IMG/VR virus record: IMGVR_UViG_3300049434_000096
Coordinates: 1 to 59,611 of that record
Direction: 5' to 3' (one strand)
DNA length: 59,611 nucleotides
Source: a virus
Taxonomy: Duplodnaviria; Caudoviricetes
In this document: one piece after another, positions 45,520 through 54,660 of the stretch
Position numbering within the stretch: the first letter of the stretch is position 1
How the letters are laid out: each line of letters begins with the position of its first letter
The notes under the pieces: generated by a model
Database searches by the model: none
What the model was told of the DNA's origin: nothing
Seen by the model: the letters and a program-made list of their open reading frames with translations, nothing else
Made by a program: the position numbers and the translations under genes

Positions 45520-45573
45520 GACGGAGATATCCGTCATTTGATGCTTGACTGACGGATAAATCCGTCACATTAA
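45520..45573. promoter_or_regulatory. Operator pair: GACGGAGATATCCGTC (45520-45535) and TGACGGATAAATCCGTCA (45550-45567), with promoter TTGACT-N17-CATTAA
   Basis: Same GACGGA-N4-TCCGTC consensus as at cro/cI. Confidence 0.85.
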
Positions 45574-45598
45574 CGCTCCCCTGACACGGGGAGTTCGA

Positions 45599-45853
45599 AT
45601 GTTGCACGACCGGAAACATGTGGTGGGCGTGGCGGCCGGCGTGGCAGCCCTGATCGGCTGCGCGGGCCAGCCTGCCGTGGTTTACCGGTGCGTCGATGCC
45701 GGCACGGGCGAAAGCTTTATAGCGGTCAAGCGCAATATCTGGACGCCTCGGCGTTCGAATATCACCATCGTGGATGCGGAGGATGGCAGCAGGAGAATCT
45801 ATTCCGGCTCCTATCACATTACTTGCCGCCCGGCCGAGGGCTTGGCCCGATGA
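45599..45853 (+). CDS. Small lipoprotein-like protein
   Basis: GGGGAG SD; AAGVAALIG-C. Confidence 0.55.
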   Translation: MLHDRKHVVGVAAGVAALIGCAGQPAVVYRCVDAGTGESFIAVKRNIWTPRRSNITIVDAEDGSRRIYSGSYHITCRPAEGLAR

Positions 45854-46170
45854 CCGCCCCCGACCTCTCCGCCCTCACCCACGCCCAAGCCTCGGCGCTG
45901 GAGCAGATCGCCGGCGCTGCGATCCTGCAGATGCTGACGCGCCAGTCCAACGCGCGGGAAGCCATTGCGAACGGTGGAAGCGACCGCTGGGTAATCCAGA
46001 ACCATTTCGACCTTGCCGACGCTCAGCGCCTCGAAGCAGCGGCCCGCCAGTTCGAGCGCGCCGCCCATGACCGGGCGCTGAAGGCCGGGCGCGACGAGTG
46101 CATCGCGGCCCGGGTGATCCATGCCTTCGCGATCGAGGCGATGCGGGCGCCGATGGCGGTGGCGGCGTGA
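45850..46170 (+). CDS. Hypothetical protein
   Basis: ATGA overlap. Confidence 0.6.
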   Translation: MTAPDLSALTHAQASALEQIAGAAILQMLTRQSNAREAIANGGSDRWVIQNHFDLADAQRLEAAARQFERAAHDRALKAGRDECIAARVIHAFAIEAMRAPMAVAA

Positions 46171-46499
46171 TGGCCGAGTCCCTGATCTTCGAGCCCCACA
46201 ACGGCTTTGGCCGCGTCGATCCGTATGGCGAGCCGTGGCCGTTCGGCTACCTCAGCGAGGGGCCGGGCGCGCCGGTGTTCGAGTTGTCCGTGCCGCTGCC
46301 ACCGCACCCGGTCGAGAAGCTGCTCGACATCGCGCTCAAGGCGGCCGCAGCGCCGGAGCTTTACGAGGCGCTGGCTGCGCTCGTCGAGGAGCATGTCAAG
46401 CGCGGCGGCGCCTTCGATGAGCCGCTGGGATCGAGCGAGCAGACGCCGGAAATCAACGCCGGCATGGCCGCCCTCGCGAAGGCCCGGCCAGCGTGCTGA
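46170..46499 (+). CDS. Hypothetical phage protein
   Basis: AAAPELYEAL...AALAKA motif common in phage early genes. Confidence 0.65.
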   Translation: MAESLIFEPHNGFGRVDPYGEPWPFGYLSEGPGAPVFELSVPLPPHPVEKLLDIALKAAAAPELYEALAALVEEHVKRGGAFDEPLGSSEQTPEINAGMAALAKARPAC

Positions 46500-46762
46500 C
46501 CTCCCCCCCAACCCTGCGCGGCCTGCCCGGCATCGTGATCGCGGTGCTGATCTTGGCGATGGTGGTGTCGTGAGCGCGCTGCGGCAGGCTTTGATCGAGA
46601 CGACCGGGCGCGACGAGGCGCCGCGATGATCGCCCGCCTCCTCACCGCCCCCGACGGCAATCCGACTTGGCTCTCGACCGCGCTGGCCGGGCTGACCGTG
46701 TGCTTCGGCGCCGCGGCCGCGCTTTGGATGCAGTTCTGATGCCGCGAGCAGGATCGGGCATC

Positions 46763-47050
46763 ATGAGCGGCGCGCCAGCGGTCGAGGCCCTGCTCGCCCG
46801 GCAGTTCGGCACCCGCGCGTTCACCTACGTCACCACGTTGCGCGGCAAGCATGCCGACGGCGGCCTCGACGCCGACTCCCTCGACCTCGTCCAGCTCGCG
46901 GTGAACATCGAGAATCGGTTCGAGATCAACGTTGCCGATGACGACGTCGAGAAGGTCGAGACCGTTGGGGACGTGATCGCGCTGGTCAATCGGAAGGTTG
47001 CGGCGCGCCCCCAGCCCAACGAAGATGAAAGGAACGCCGCCCGTGGCTAA
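46763..47050 (+). CDS. Acyl carrier protein-like
   Basis: LDADSLDLVQLAVNIENRFEI.V.DDDVEKV.TVGD with the phosphopantetheine Ser. Confidence 0.85.
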   Translation: MSGAPAVEALLARQFGTRAFTYVTTLRGKHADGGLDADSLDLVQLAVNIENRFEINVADDDVEKVETVGDVIALVNRKVAARPQPNEDERNAARG

Positions 47051-48173
47051 GCCCGCCAAGTCCATCGCCGAAGAGCAAGCCGAATCCACCGACCTGGTCG
47101 TGATGGCGACGGTCAATCCGGTCGAGATATTCACCAGCCGCGAGCAATATTCGGCCTTCTACGAGAAGATCAAAGCCGAGGTAGAGAAGCACACGCCCGA
47201 CGTGTCGACGGAAAGGGGCCGGGCCGCCGTTCGCAAGCTCGCCTTCGGCGTGACCAAGGCCAAGACGACGCTCGAAAAGGCCGCGCTCGCGCTGACCGAG
47301 GAGTGGCGCCAGAAGACGGCGCTCGTCAACACCTCCCGCAACGAGATGGTCGCCGAGCTGGGCGCACTCGCCAAGGATGTCCGGCGCCCGCTGACCGAAT
47401 GGGAAGAGGCCGAGGCGGCGCGGATCGAGCGCTGCCGGGCGACGATCGACGGCTTCAAGCAGGCCGCCGTCGTCACCCTAGAAGATACCAGCGCCACGGT
47501 TCGCGAGCGGGGCAAAGCGCTTTGGCTGGTCGAGGTCGGCGACGAGTTCGGCGAAATGGCCGACGAGGCGAGCGAGGCCAAGTCGACCGCGATCGCCACG
47601 CTCCACCGCGCGCTCGAGCGGCTGACGCAAGAGGAGGCCGATCGCGCCGAGCTCGAGCGGCTGCGGGCCGAACAGGCGGAGCGCGAGGAGCGGGAAGCGC
47701 GGGAAAGCGAGGAGCGCGAGCAGGCCGAGCGCGACCGGATTGCCGCCGAGGAAGAGGAGGCCCGCCGCACCGCTGCCGCCGAAGCCGAGGCGCGCAGGAT
47801 CGAAGAGGCGGCCGAAACCGCTGCCGCCAATGCTCGCGAGGCCGCCGCGCGCGAGGCTCGCGAAGCCGAGGAGGCCCGCCAGGCCGAGCATGAAGCCGCC
47901 CTCGCCGAGGAGCGGCGCCAGCGGGAGCAGACCGAGCGCAAGGCCACCGAGGAGCGCGAAGCCAGGGAAGCTGAGGACGCCCGTCGCGCCGCGGCCGAGC
48001 AGCAGGCGCGCGAGGAGCAGGCCCGGCGCGATGCCGACCGCAAGCACCGCGCCGAGGTCATCGCCGCCGCGGCCGAGGCCATCGTCAAGGTCGGCGTCAC
48101 GAAGAAGCTCGCCGAGAATGTCGTGCGGGCCATCATCGCCGGGGAAGTGCCGGCCGTGACGCTGAGGTTCTGA
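47043..48173 (+). CDS. Coiled-coil phage protein with E/A/R-rich stalk
   Basis: DVST.RGR..VRKLA..V.KAKT, VRRPLTEWE, RDADRKHR. Confidence 0.75.
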   Translation: MAKPAKSIAEEQAESTDLVVMATVNPVEIFTSREQYSAFYEKIKAEVEKHTPDVSTERGRAAVRKLAFGVTKAKTTLEKAALALTEEWRQKTALVNTSRNEMVAELGALAKDVRRPLTEWEEAEAARIERCRATIDGFKQAAVVTLEDTSATVRERGKALWLVEVGDEFGEMADEASEAKSTAIATLHRALERLTQEEADRAELERLRAEQAEREEREARESEEREQAERDRIAAEEEEARRTAAAEAEARRIEEAAETAAANAREAAAREAREAEEARQAEHEAALAEERRQREQTERKATEEREAREAEDARRAAAEQQAREEQARRDADRKHRAEVIAAAAEAIVKVGVTKKLAENVVRAIIAGEVPAVTLRF

Positions 48174-48180
48174 GGCGCCG

Positions 48181-49197
48181 GTGAGCGACAATCCCTTCGA
48201 CCTCGCCTTCAAGGGCTTCACGGCGCCGGAAGCCGAGCCGGAGGTGTCGCCGCGACACGTGGAGGCCGAAGAGTTCGAACGGTTCAAGGGCCTGATTACC
48301 GCAGCTGGCGCCTACGAAGACATTCCCAACGGGGCCTATCACGGCGTCGAGCTTTGCCCTGAGCATTCGATCCACGGCTCGGGCCTGTTCAAGATCGAGG
48401 AAGAAAGCTGCGCCGCCTATTGGGAGACCTCGCTCCACAATCCGGGTCGCCAGCCGCAACCGCAGAAGTCACATTTCTCGGTCGGCCACCTGCTGCACGA
48501 CATCCTGCTCTACAAGGGCATGGTCCCAGACGACTACCATATCGTACCCGACGGCTTTGTCAGAGCCCACCGCCACAAGTGGACCGACGAGATCGAAGGC
48601 TATGACGAAGCGATCGCCGCTGGGCGGGACGTGCTGACCAAATCGGAATTCAACCTCGCGTGCGACATGGCGGAGGCGTGCGACAAGAACTCGCTCGCGT
48701 CCGCGCTGATCATGGCGGGCAAGCCCGAGGTCTCCATCGCCGCTCAAGACCCGAAAACTGGGCGGTGGATGCTGACGCGGCCCGACATCCTGCCCGACAC
48801 GATGGAGATTATCCCAGACGTCAAAGGCGTGGTGAGCGCAGCCCCGCCGGCTTACGAAACGGCTGCTACCCGCTGGGGCTATTTTCAGTGGGCAGCCAAT
48901 TGCCTCGACATCCTCGACCTCGTTTTCGGCGAGGCCAAGCGTCAGTTCGTTCACATCGCGATCGAGAAGAAGAGGCCGCACCTTGTCGAGATCTACACGC
49001 TCGACGAGGGCCACATTCACGAAGCCCGGTTGCTCAACCGGCGCGCGCTCGACCTGTTCGACCGCAGCCTGACGACGGGTGAATGGCTGGGCTATTCCAC
49101 GCCCGAAAACCCCATCCTGCCGCTCCCGATGGCGCCATGGAAGATCAAGCAAATCCAGCGCCGCGTCGCGAGCGGCGAACTCTCCTACGACCTCTGA
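48181..49197 (+). CDS. RecE/exonuclease VIII-like PD-(D/E)xK nuclease (DUF3799)
   Basis: GHLLHD, KPEVS, RPD, PDVK, GYFQWAA, IAIEK. Confidence 0.8.
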   Translation: MSDNPFDLAFKGFTAPEAEPEVSPRHVEAEEFERFKGLITAAGAYEDIPNGAYHGVELCPEHSIHGSGLFKIEEESCAAYWETSLHNPGRQPQPQKSHFSVGHLLHDILLYKGMVPDDYHIVPDGFVRAHRHKWTDEIEGYDEAIAAGRDVLTKSEFNLACDMAEACDKNSLASALIMAGKPEVSIAAQDPKTGRWMLTRPDILPDTMEIIPDVKGVVSAAPPAYETAATRWGYFQWAANCLDILDLVFGEAKRQFVHIAIEKKRPHLVEIYTLDEGHIHEARLLNRRALDLFDRSLTTGEWLGYSTPENPILPLPMAPWKIKQIQRRVASGELSYDL

Positions 49198-49208
49198 AGG
49201 GAACGACC

Positions 49209-49331
49209 ATGATCCTCGGCTACGACACGGAAACGACCGGCCTTCCAGCCTGGCACGACCCTTCCGACGCGCCGCACCAGCCGCACGTCATCCAGCTCGC
49301 CATGTTCAAGCCCGCGAAGGTGGCGGCATGA
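49209..49331 (+). pseudogene. Truncated DEDD 3'-5' exonuclease (Exo I motif only)
   Basis: MILGYDTETTGLP...QPHVIQLA then ends after 40 aa. Confidence 0.75.
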
Positions 49332-50443
49332 ACCAGGCGGTCACCAAGGAGGCGATCCACGCCCAGGCCCGCGGCGAGTCCGCCAGCCAGGCCACCGTCA
49401 TCGAGCAGAGCCGGGCGATCGCCGAGGTTCAGGGCGCGCTGGTCGTGGCCCAGCAGCGGCCGCGCGACGAGACCCGGGCGCTCGCGACGGCACTGGAAAG
49501 CTGCCGGACAAAGGAGGTCGCCGAGACCGCGTTCTTCAAGTTCCCGCGCGGCGGCCAGACCGTCTCGGGCGAGACGATCCACCTCGCGGTCGAGCTCGCC
49601 CGCTGCTGGGGCAATGTCGCCTACGGCATAGTCGAGCTGAGCCGCAACGACCGCGCCGCCGAGTCCGAGATGATGGCGTTCGCCTGGGATCTCCAGACCA
49701 ACACCCGCTCGACCATGGGCTTCATCGTGCCACACAAGCGCGACAAGCGCGGCGGCCCCGAGACGCTGACCGACATGCGCGACATCTACGAGAACAACGC
49801 CAACATGGGCGCGCGCCGGCTGCGCGAGTGCATCTTCCGGGTCCTGCCGCCGTACCTTAAGGAGCAGGCAAAGGCGGCGTGCTACAAGACGCTGCAGGGC
49901 GGCTCCGACGAGAAGCCGCTCGCGGTCCGGCTGACCGAAATGGCCGACGCCTTCGCCGCGATCAATGTCTCGCGCGAGCGGATCGAGGCGAAGCTGGGGC
50001 CGATCGCCAAGCTGACGCCGACCGACCTCGCCAACCTCATAGTCAGCTATCGCTCGATCAACCGTAATGAGGTCAGCGCCGACGAAGAATTCCCCCGCGT
50101 CGGGGTCGAGGAAGCGACGGCTGCGGCGCGCAAGCTGGTCGCCCAGCCCAAGCCCGGCGCCGCCGAAACCGTGTCCGACGAAAGCCCCAACGCCGAGGAA
50201 GGCCGGGCCGACGTCGACCGCGGCGAGGGCTTCACCGGCGCCGACGAAAGCGACGAGCATCCCGCCCGCAGGGTCGCCGACGAGATCATCAAAGCCGCGG
50301 GCATCCAGGGCAACGTAATCGACCTCGCCAACCTGAAGGCCGCTCGGTCGGCGGACATGGCGGCCATGCCCGACGAGATGGCAGCCGACGTCAATCGGGC
50401 GTTCGATGCGGCCGAGTTGAAGCTGAGGAAGGGGAAGGAGTGA
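49328..50443 (+). CDS. Putative recombination/ssDNA-annealing partner of the exonuclease
   Basis: RPRDE, FPRGG..VSG.TIHLA.ELARCWGN, ARRLRECI; adjacent to the RecE-like gene. Confidence 0.55.
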   Translation: MNQAVTKEAIHAQARGESASQATVIEQSRAIAEVQGALVVAQQRPRDETRALATALESCRTKEVAETAFFKFPRGGQTVSGETIHLAVELARCWGNVAYGIVELSRNDRAAESEMMAFAWDLQTNTRSTMGFIVPHKRDKRGGPETLTDMRDIYENNANMGARRLRECIFRVLPPYLKEQAKAACYKTLQGGSDEKPLAVRLTEMADAFAAINVSRERIEAKLGPIAKLTPTDLANLIVSYRSINRNEVSADEEFPRVGVEEATAAARKLVAQPKPGAAETVSDESPNAEEGRADVDRGEGFTGADESDEHPARRVADEIIKAAGIQGNVIDLANLKAARSADMAAMPDEMAADVNRAFDAAELKLRKGKE

Positions 50444-50685
50444 TGGCGACGTCCAGAGACCTTAGCGCGGCATCAATGCGGCGAGAGCACATGTACCGCG
50501 TGATAGCGGTGAAGACGACTGATTACGGCGACGGTCCTGCCACTGGCCGGGCGGCCTGGGCCGTGCTGTCGGTGGTTCCAGATGGCTCGCATTGGCAGTC
50601 GCGTCCTACGAATCTGGAAATCTCGGTCCCCGTCGGATCAAGGCCGGGCGGTCTGTGGAAGCTGACGCTCGAGGCGCAAGAATGA
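50443..50685 (+). CDS. Hypothetical protein
   Basis: AAGGAG SD. Confidence 0.5.
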   Translation: MATSRDLSAASMRREHMYRVIAVKTTDYGDGPATGRAAWAVLSVVPDGSHWQSRPTNLEISVPVGSRPGGLWKLTLEAQE

Positions 50686-50885
50686 CCGCCTCCCGCCCCT
50701 TCGCCAGAGCCGACGACCGCCGCCGCAACTACATGCGCCTCGCCGACGGTGCCGAGCCGATCAGGTGGCGCAAGGGGCCGGCGGCGCCCGAGCATGCCGC
50801 TGCCACGATCGGCGCGGCCTTCATGGCGGCGGGCATCGACGAACGGCCGGCGGTGATCATCTGGGAGGGTACAAGAAATGTCTGA
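50682..50885 (+). CDS. Hypothetical protein
   Basis: ATGA overlap. Confidence 0.5.
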   Translation: MTASRPFARADDRRRNYMRLADGAEPIRWRKGPAAPEHAAATIGAAFMAAGIDERPAVIIWEGTRNV

Positions 50886-51246
50886 CGAGCAAGCAACTGT
50901 GCACGAGGCCGAAGCCGTCGCTGCGCCGGAGTTGCCGGATGGCAACTATGCGATCGTCGAGGTGCTGGGACACCGGACCTATGTCGGCCGCGTCGCCGAG
51001 GTCGAGCGGTTCGGCTCGAAGATGCTGCAGGTCGAGGCGCTGTTCAAAGGCCAGCTTCTTGACCCGCTGCTGATCGGCGGCGGGTCGATCTATCAGTTCA
51101 CGCCCTGCTCGAAAGAGGTCGCGGCGAAACGGGGGCCGACGCGGAACTGGGATTTGCCGGCGAGCGCGTTGGCGATTGTTCCGCCAGCTTTGCTGCCCGA
51201 GCCTGAGCCCTCGTTCGCGCCCGAATTCGACGACGAGCCGTACTGA
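50878..51246 (+). CDS. Hypothetical phage protein
   Basis: AIVEVLGHR..GRV.EVERFG..IY..TP motif. Confidence 0.75.
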   Translation: MSDEQATVHEAEAVAAPELPDGNYAIVEVLGHRTYVGRVAEVERFGSKMLQVEALFKGQLLDPLLIGGGSIYQFTPCSKEVAAKRGPTRNWDLPASALAIVPPALLPEPEPSFAPEFDDEPY

Positions 51247-52280
51247 TGGCTGACGGCACGAAGATCGAATGGACCGACGCGACCGTCAACTATGTGAACG
51301 GCTGCTCGGTCGTCTCGCCGGGATGCACGAATTGCTATGCGATGCGGCTCGCGGGAACGCGGCTGCGCCATCACCCTTCGCGCGCCGGCCTGACCATGCC
51401 GACGAAGGCGGGGCCGGTGTGGACCGGCGAGGTGCGGGCGAACGAGACGGCACTACTGCAGCCGCTGCGCTGGCGCCGGCCTCGGATGATTTTCTGGAAC
51501 GCGCACGGCGACCTGTTCCATCCCAACGTGCCGGAGGCGTGGATCGATCGGCAGTTCGCGGTGATGGCGATGTCGCCGCAGCATACGCACCAGGTGCTGA
51601 CCAAGCGGCCGGACCGGATGCGTGCCTATTTCGATCGGATGCAGGAACCGCACAAGCATCTCAGCTGGGTGAATGATGACGATTGGGATGGTGCGTGGAC
51701 CGTTCTCGCCCATGCGCTCGAAGACATGGATATCGATCATCGCGGTATGCAGCTTGACTGGCCCCTTCCCAACGTCTGGCTCGGCGTCTCGGTCGAGGAC
51801 CAGAAGCGCGCCGACGAACGGATCCCTGACCTGCTGGCGACGCCGGCGGCGGTGCGGTTCCTGTCGTGCGAGCCGCTGCTTGGGCCGCTCGATCTCCGCA
51901 CCATCGACGTTTCGGGAGACGAGGAAATTGCGCCGCTTGGCTGGCGCTGGCTCGACCGCCTTGAGGATGGGGAGCCTGAGTGGCCCCGCGTCGATTGGGT
52001 CATCTGCGGCGGCGAGAGCGGGCCGAAGGCGCGACCGATGCACCCGGGCTGGGCGCGATCGTTGCGCGACCAGTGCGCCGCGGCGGGGGTGCCGTTCTTC
52101 TTCAAGCAATTCGGGGAGTGGGCGCCTGACTGCTTCTGCGACGGCCCGCGCCCGCACCGCGAAATTCGACGTCCAGAGCCAGGCAAGCCGGGCTGCATGT
52201 TCAGGTGCGGCAAGAAAGCTGCCGGCCGCCTCCTCGACGGCGTGCAGCACGACGGGATGCCGGAGATGTTCCGTGGCTAA
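51246..52280 (+). CDS. DUF5131 (Gp37/Gp68-like) protein
   Basis: TKIEWTD, GC..VSPGCTNCYA, LTKRP, NVWLGVSVE, GGESG, FFFKQ. Confidence 0.92.
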   Translation: MADGTKIEWTDATVNYVNGCSVVSPGCTNCYAMRLAGTRLRHHPSRAGLTMPTKAGPVWTGEVRANETALLQPLRWRRPRMIFWNAHGDLFHPNVPEAWIDRQFAVMAMSPQHTHQVLTKRPDRMRAYFDRMQEPHKHLSWVNDDDWDGAWTVLAHALEDMDIDHRGMQLDWPLPNVWLGVSVEDQKRADERIPDLLATPAAVRFLSCEPLLGPLDLRTIDVSGDEEIAPLGWRWLDRLEDGEPEWPRVDWVICGGESGPKARPMHPGWARSLRDQCAAAGVPFFFKQFGEWAPDCFCDGPRPHREIRRPEPGKPGCMFRCGKKAAGRLLDGVQHDGMPEMFRG

Positions 52281-52557
52281 CCAAGACCTGATCGAGTTCT
52301 GCGCGAAGGCGATGTTCCTTGTGGACATGCCGGGCCGCAACCCGGACGATTTGAACATCTTCGGCGCCGCAAAGGGTGAGCCGGGGTGGTCGATCTACAT
52401 CAACAAAGTCCGCGCCGTCCTCGAAGCCCTCCGCGAGCCGAATGAGGCGATGATCGAAGCAGCGATCAGCCGACCGGTCAATGAGGCTGCGAACGATTAC
52501 AGGAGCGTCTGGCAGGCCATGCTCGACGCCGCTCTCAGGACCAATCCCCATGAGTAG
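52273..52557 (+). CDS. Hypothetical protein
   Basis: REPNEAMIEAA...WQAMLDAAL phage motif. Confidence 0.7.
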   Translation: MANQDLIEFCAKAMFLVDMPGRNPDDLNIFGAAKGEPGWSIYINKVRAVLEALREPNEAMIEAAISRPVNEAANDYRSVWQAMLDAALRTNPHE

Positions 52558-52816
52558 CGCGGCTGAAATCGCGAAGAGGCTGACCGAGGCGCAGCGAAAA
52601 GCCCTGAGGCCCGGCCTAGCGTTGGCCGCGGGTCACTGGTTTCATGCGGCCTGGTTCGGCGGGAAACGGCCGGGCAACGTCTACAGCGTCCTTGCCGACA
52701 AAGGCTTTTTCGAGCGGCGCAGCGACCCGGACGTTTGGGGCCGATCGCAATATCGGATCACTCCTCTCGGCCTCGCTGTCCGCGCCGAACTCAAGAGGCT
52801 CGAATCCCATGACTGA
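52550..52816 (+). CDS. Hypothetical wHTH-like protein
   Basis: LTEAQRKAL...ITPLGLAVRA. Confidence 0.65.
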   Translation: MSSAAEIAKRLTEAQRKALRPGLALAAGHWFHAAWFGGKRPGNVYSVLADKGFFERRSDPDVWGRSQYRITPLGLAVRAELKRLESHD

Positions 52817-53258
52817 CCTTCTGGCATTGGCCGAAACCATCGAGGCGGCGACGGGGCCAGATCGTCGGCTCGACACGCTGGTCGAGATCGCGCGTAATCC
52901 TGATAAGCCATGGGTCATCGGCGAGAAGCCGGGGCGCTGGCCGCGCGAGGCGATCTTCGGCACGCTCGCTGACATGCTCGATTGGGCGATGGACGAAACG
53001 AAAGTGCCGCCGGAGATTGGCGCGCCAGCCTACACCTCCTCTCTCGACGCCGCGATGACGCTGGTGCCAGATGGGTATCGGGTTTCGCAGCTCAATGAAG
53101 AAACCGATAGTCCGGATCGCCCGTGGGTGGTGTCTCTGAGCGTGAGGATCGGGGCGCCTGGTCGAATGTTGGTCTACGCGTCGGCAGCCACCCCCGCGCT
53201 CGCCCTCACCGCCGCTTCCCTCCGAGCCCGCCATGCGATGGAGAAGGGCAGTGGGTGA
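52809..53258 (+). CDS. Hypothetical phage protein
   Basis: ATGPDRRLD, YTSSLDAAMTLVP, ATPALALTAA. Confidence 0.75.
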   Translation: MTDLLALAETIEAATGPDRRLDTLVEIARNPDKPWVIGEKPGRWPREAIFGTLADMLDWAMDETKVPPEIGAPAYTSSLDAAMTLVPDGYRVSQLNEETDSPDRPWVVSLSVRIGAPGRMLVYASAATPALALTAASLRARHAMEKGSG

Positions 53259-53442
53259 GATCGTGCAGGAGATCAGGGACGTGCGCTACGAAACGCTGAA
53301 GAGCGGCCCGGGCGCATTCCTGACGCTGGCCTGTGGTCATCAACGCTGGATCGGCGGCTTCCCGCGCCCGGTCGCTGGCAAGGCCGTCACCATCCCCTCC
53401 CGGCACCGCTGCCTCACATGCGAGGACTCGCCCCATGCCTGA
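53251..53442 (+). CDS. Small Zn-binding hypothetical protein
   Basis: LACGH...RCLTC. Confidence 0.55.
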   Translation: MGEIVQEIRDVRYETLKSGPGAFLTLACGHQRWIGGFPRPVAGKAVTIPSRHRCLTCEDSPHA

Positions 53443-53896
53443 CCCTGTAAACCTGGACGCCCTGCGCGGGCTGTTGGCGAAGGCCCCAGCATTGCCGTGG
53501 AAGGTCAACGAAAGCCACGAGGTCTATTCCTACGACGCCGCCAAAAATCAAACACAGTGGTTCAGTTCGCTCTCCGACGACGATGCCAATGCGCTTGCCG
53601 TCGCCGCCGTCAACGCCCTCCCCTCCCTGATTTCCGAGATCGAGCGGCTGCGGGAGAAGCAAAATCCCTGCGCCAAGATATTCGATCACAAATGGCTGAG
53701 CCCGGAATGTGTCGAAACCGGCTGTCGCTCGCTTATTCTCGAACACGCGCTCGCGGCGTATCTCAAAGCGCAATGCCGAATGCTCGAGCGCTGGTCCGAG
53801 GGCGGCAAGGCCGTGCAGCAAGAGCTTTGGCGCAACCTCCATGCCTGTGAAGCTGCTGCCCGCAACGCCCTCCACCCCGAACCGGAGACGAGATGA
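53435..53896 (+). CDS. Hypothetical (ead/Ea22-like) protein
   Basis: LPW...ANA..VAAVNALPSLISEIERLR. Confidence 0.6.
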   Translation: MPDPVNLDALRGLLAKAPALPWKVNESHEVYSYDAAKNQTQWFSSLSDDDANALAVAAVNALPSLISEIERLREKQNPCAKIFDHKWLSPECVETGCRSLILEHALAAYLKAQCRMLERWSEGGKAVQQELWRNLHACEAAARNALHPEPETR

Positions 53897-54645
53897 TGGG
53901 CGGGCGGGTTGTCTGCTGGTTTTCGTGCGGCGCCGCCAGCGCGGTTGCTGCGCGGATAACGCTTTCGGAGAATCCGGGGGCGGTAATTGCCTATTGCGAG
54001 ACCGGCTCAGAGCATCCCGACAACGAGAGGTTTCTAGCAGATTGCGTCCGCTGGTTCAACGTTCCGGTGCAGCGATTGAAGACGCCCAACTATGCCGACA
54101 CATGGGAAATGTGGACAAAGCGCCGCTTCCTGTCCGGCCCACATGGCGCGGGCTGCACGGGCGAGTTCAAGGTCGCTCCCCGGCTCGATTTCCAGTTGCC
54201 GAGCGACACACACGTCTTTGGCTACACCGCCGACAAGGCCGACCGCAAGCGCGCTGACAACTTCCGCGAGACCTATCCGCTGCTCAAGGTCTCAATGCCA
54301 CTGATCGACGCGGGCCTGACCAAAGCTAACGTGCTGGCGCTGATCGGAGGCGCCGGGATCAAGTTGCCGGTGATGTACGGGCTCGGCTTCCACAACAACA
54401 ACTGCATTCCCTGCGTGAAGGCTACCAGCCCCGATTATTGGTCGCTAGTCCGCCGCTCCTTCCCAGCTGAATTCGAGCGCATGGCCAAGCTGTCGCGCGA
54501 GCTTGGGGTGCGCCTGACCAGGATTAAAGACGTTCGGGTCTTCATCGACGAAATTCCCGCAGACTGGCCCTGCACCAATCCAATCGCGCCGGCATGTGAT
54601 TTTCTATGCCAATTCGCCGCTCCCGACTTCGGACAGGCGGCATGA
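53893..54645 (+). CDS. Phage PAPS-reductase-like (adenine nucleotide alpha hydrolase fold) protein
   Basis: WFSCGAASAVA, EHPDN.RF, CT..K, GFHNNNCIPCVK, CDFLC. Confidence 0.8.
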   Translation: MMGGRVVCWFSCGAASAVAARITLSENPGAVIAYCETGSEHPDNERFLADCVRWFNVPVQRLKTPNYADTWEMWTKRRFLSGPHGAGCTGEFKVAPRLDFQLPSDTHVFGYTADKADRKRADNFRETYPLLKVSMPLIDAGLTKANVLALIGGAGIKLPVMYGLGFHNNNCIPCVKATSPDYWSLVRRSFPAEFERMAKLSRELGVRLTRIKDVRVFIDEIPADWPCTNPIAPACDFLCQFAAPDFGQAA

Positions 54646-54660
54646 TCCCGGAGACGAAAC

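Noticed and set aside
45485-45817. N-terminal extension of the LOV ORF (308-aa call)
   Set aside because: Runs through the operators and opposite a + strand gene; the ATG at 45484 gives an EL222-sized protein.
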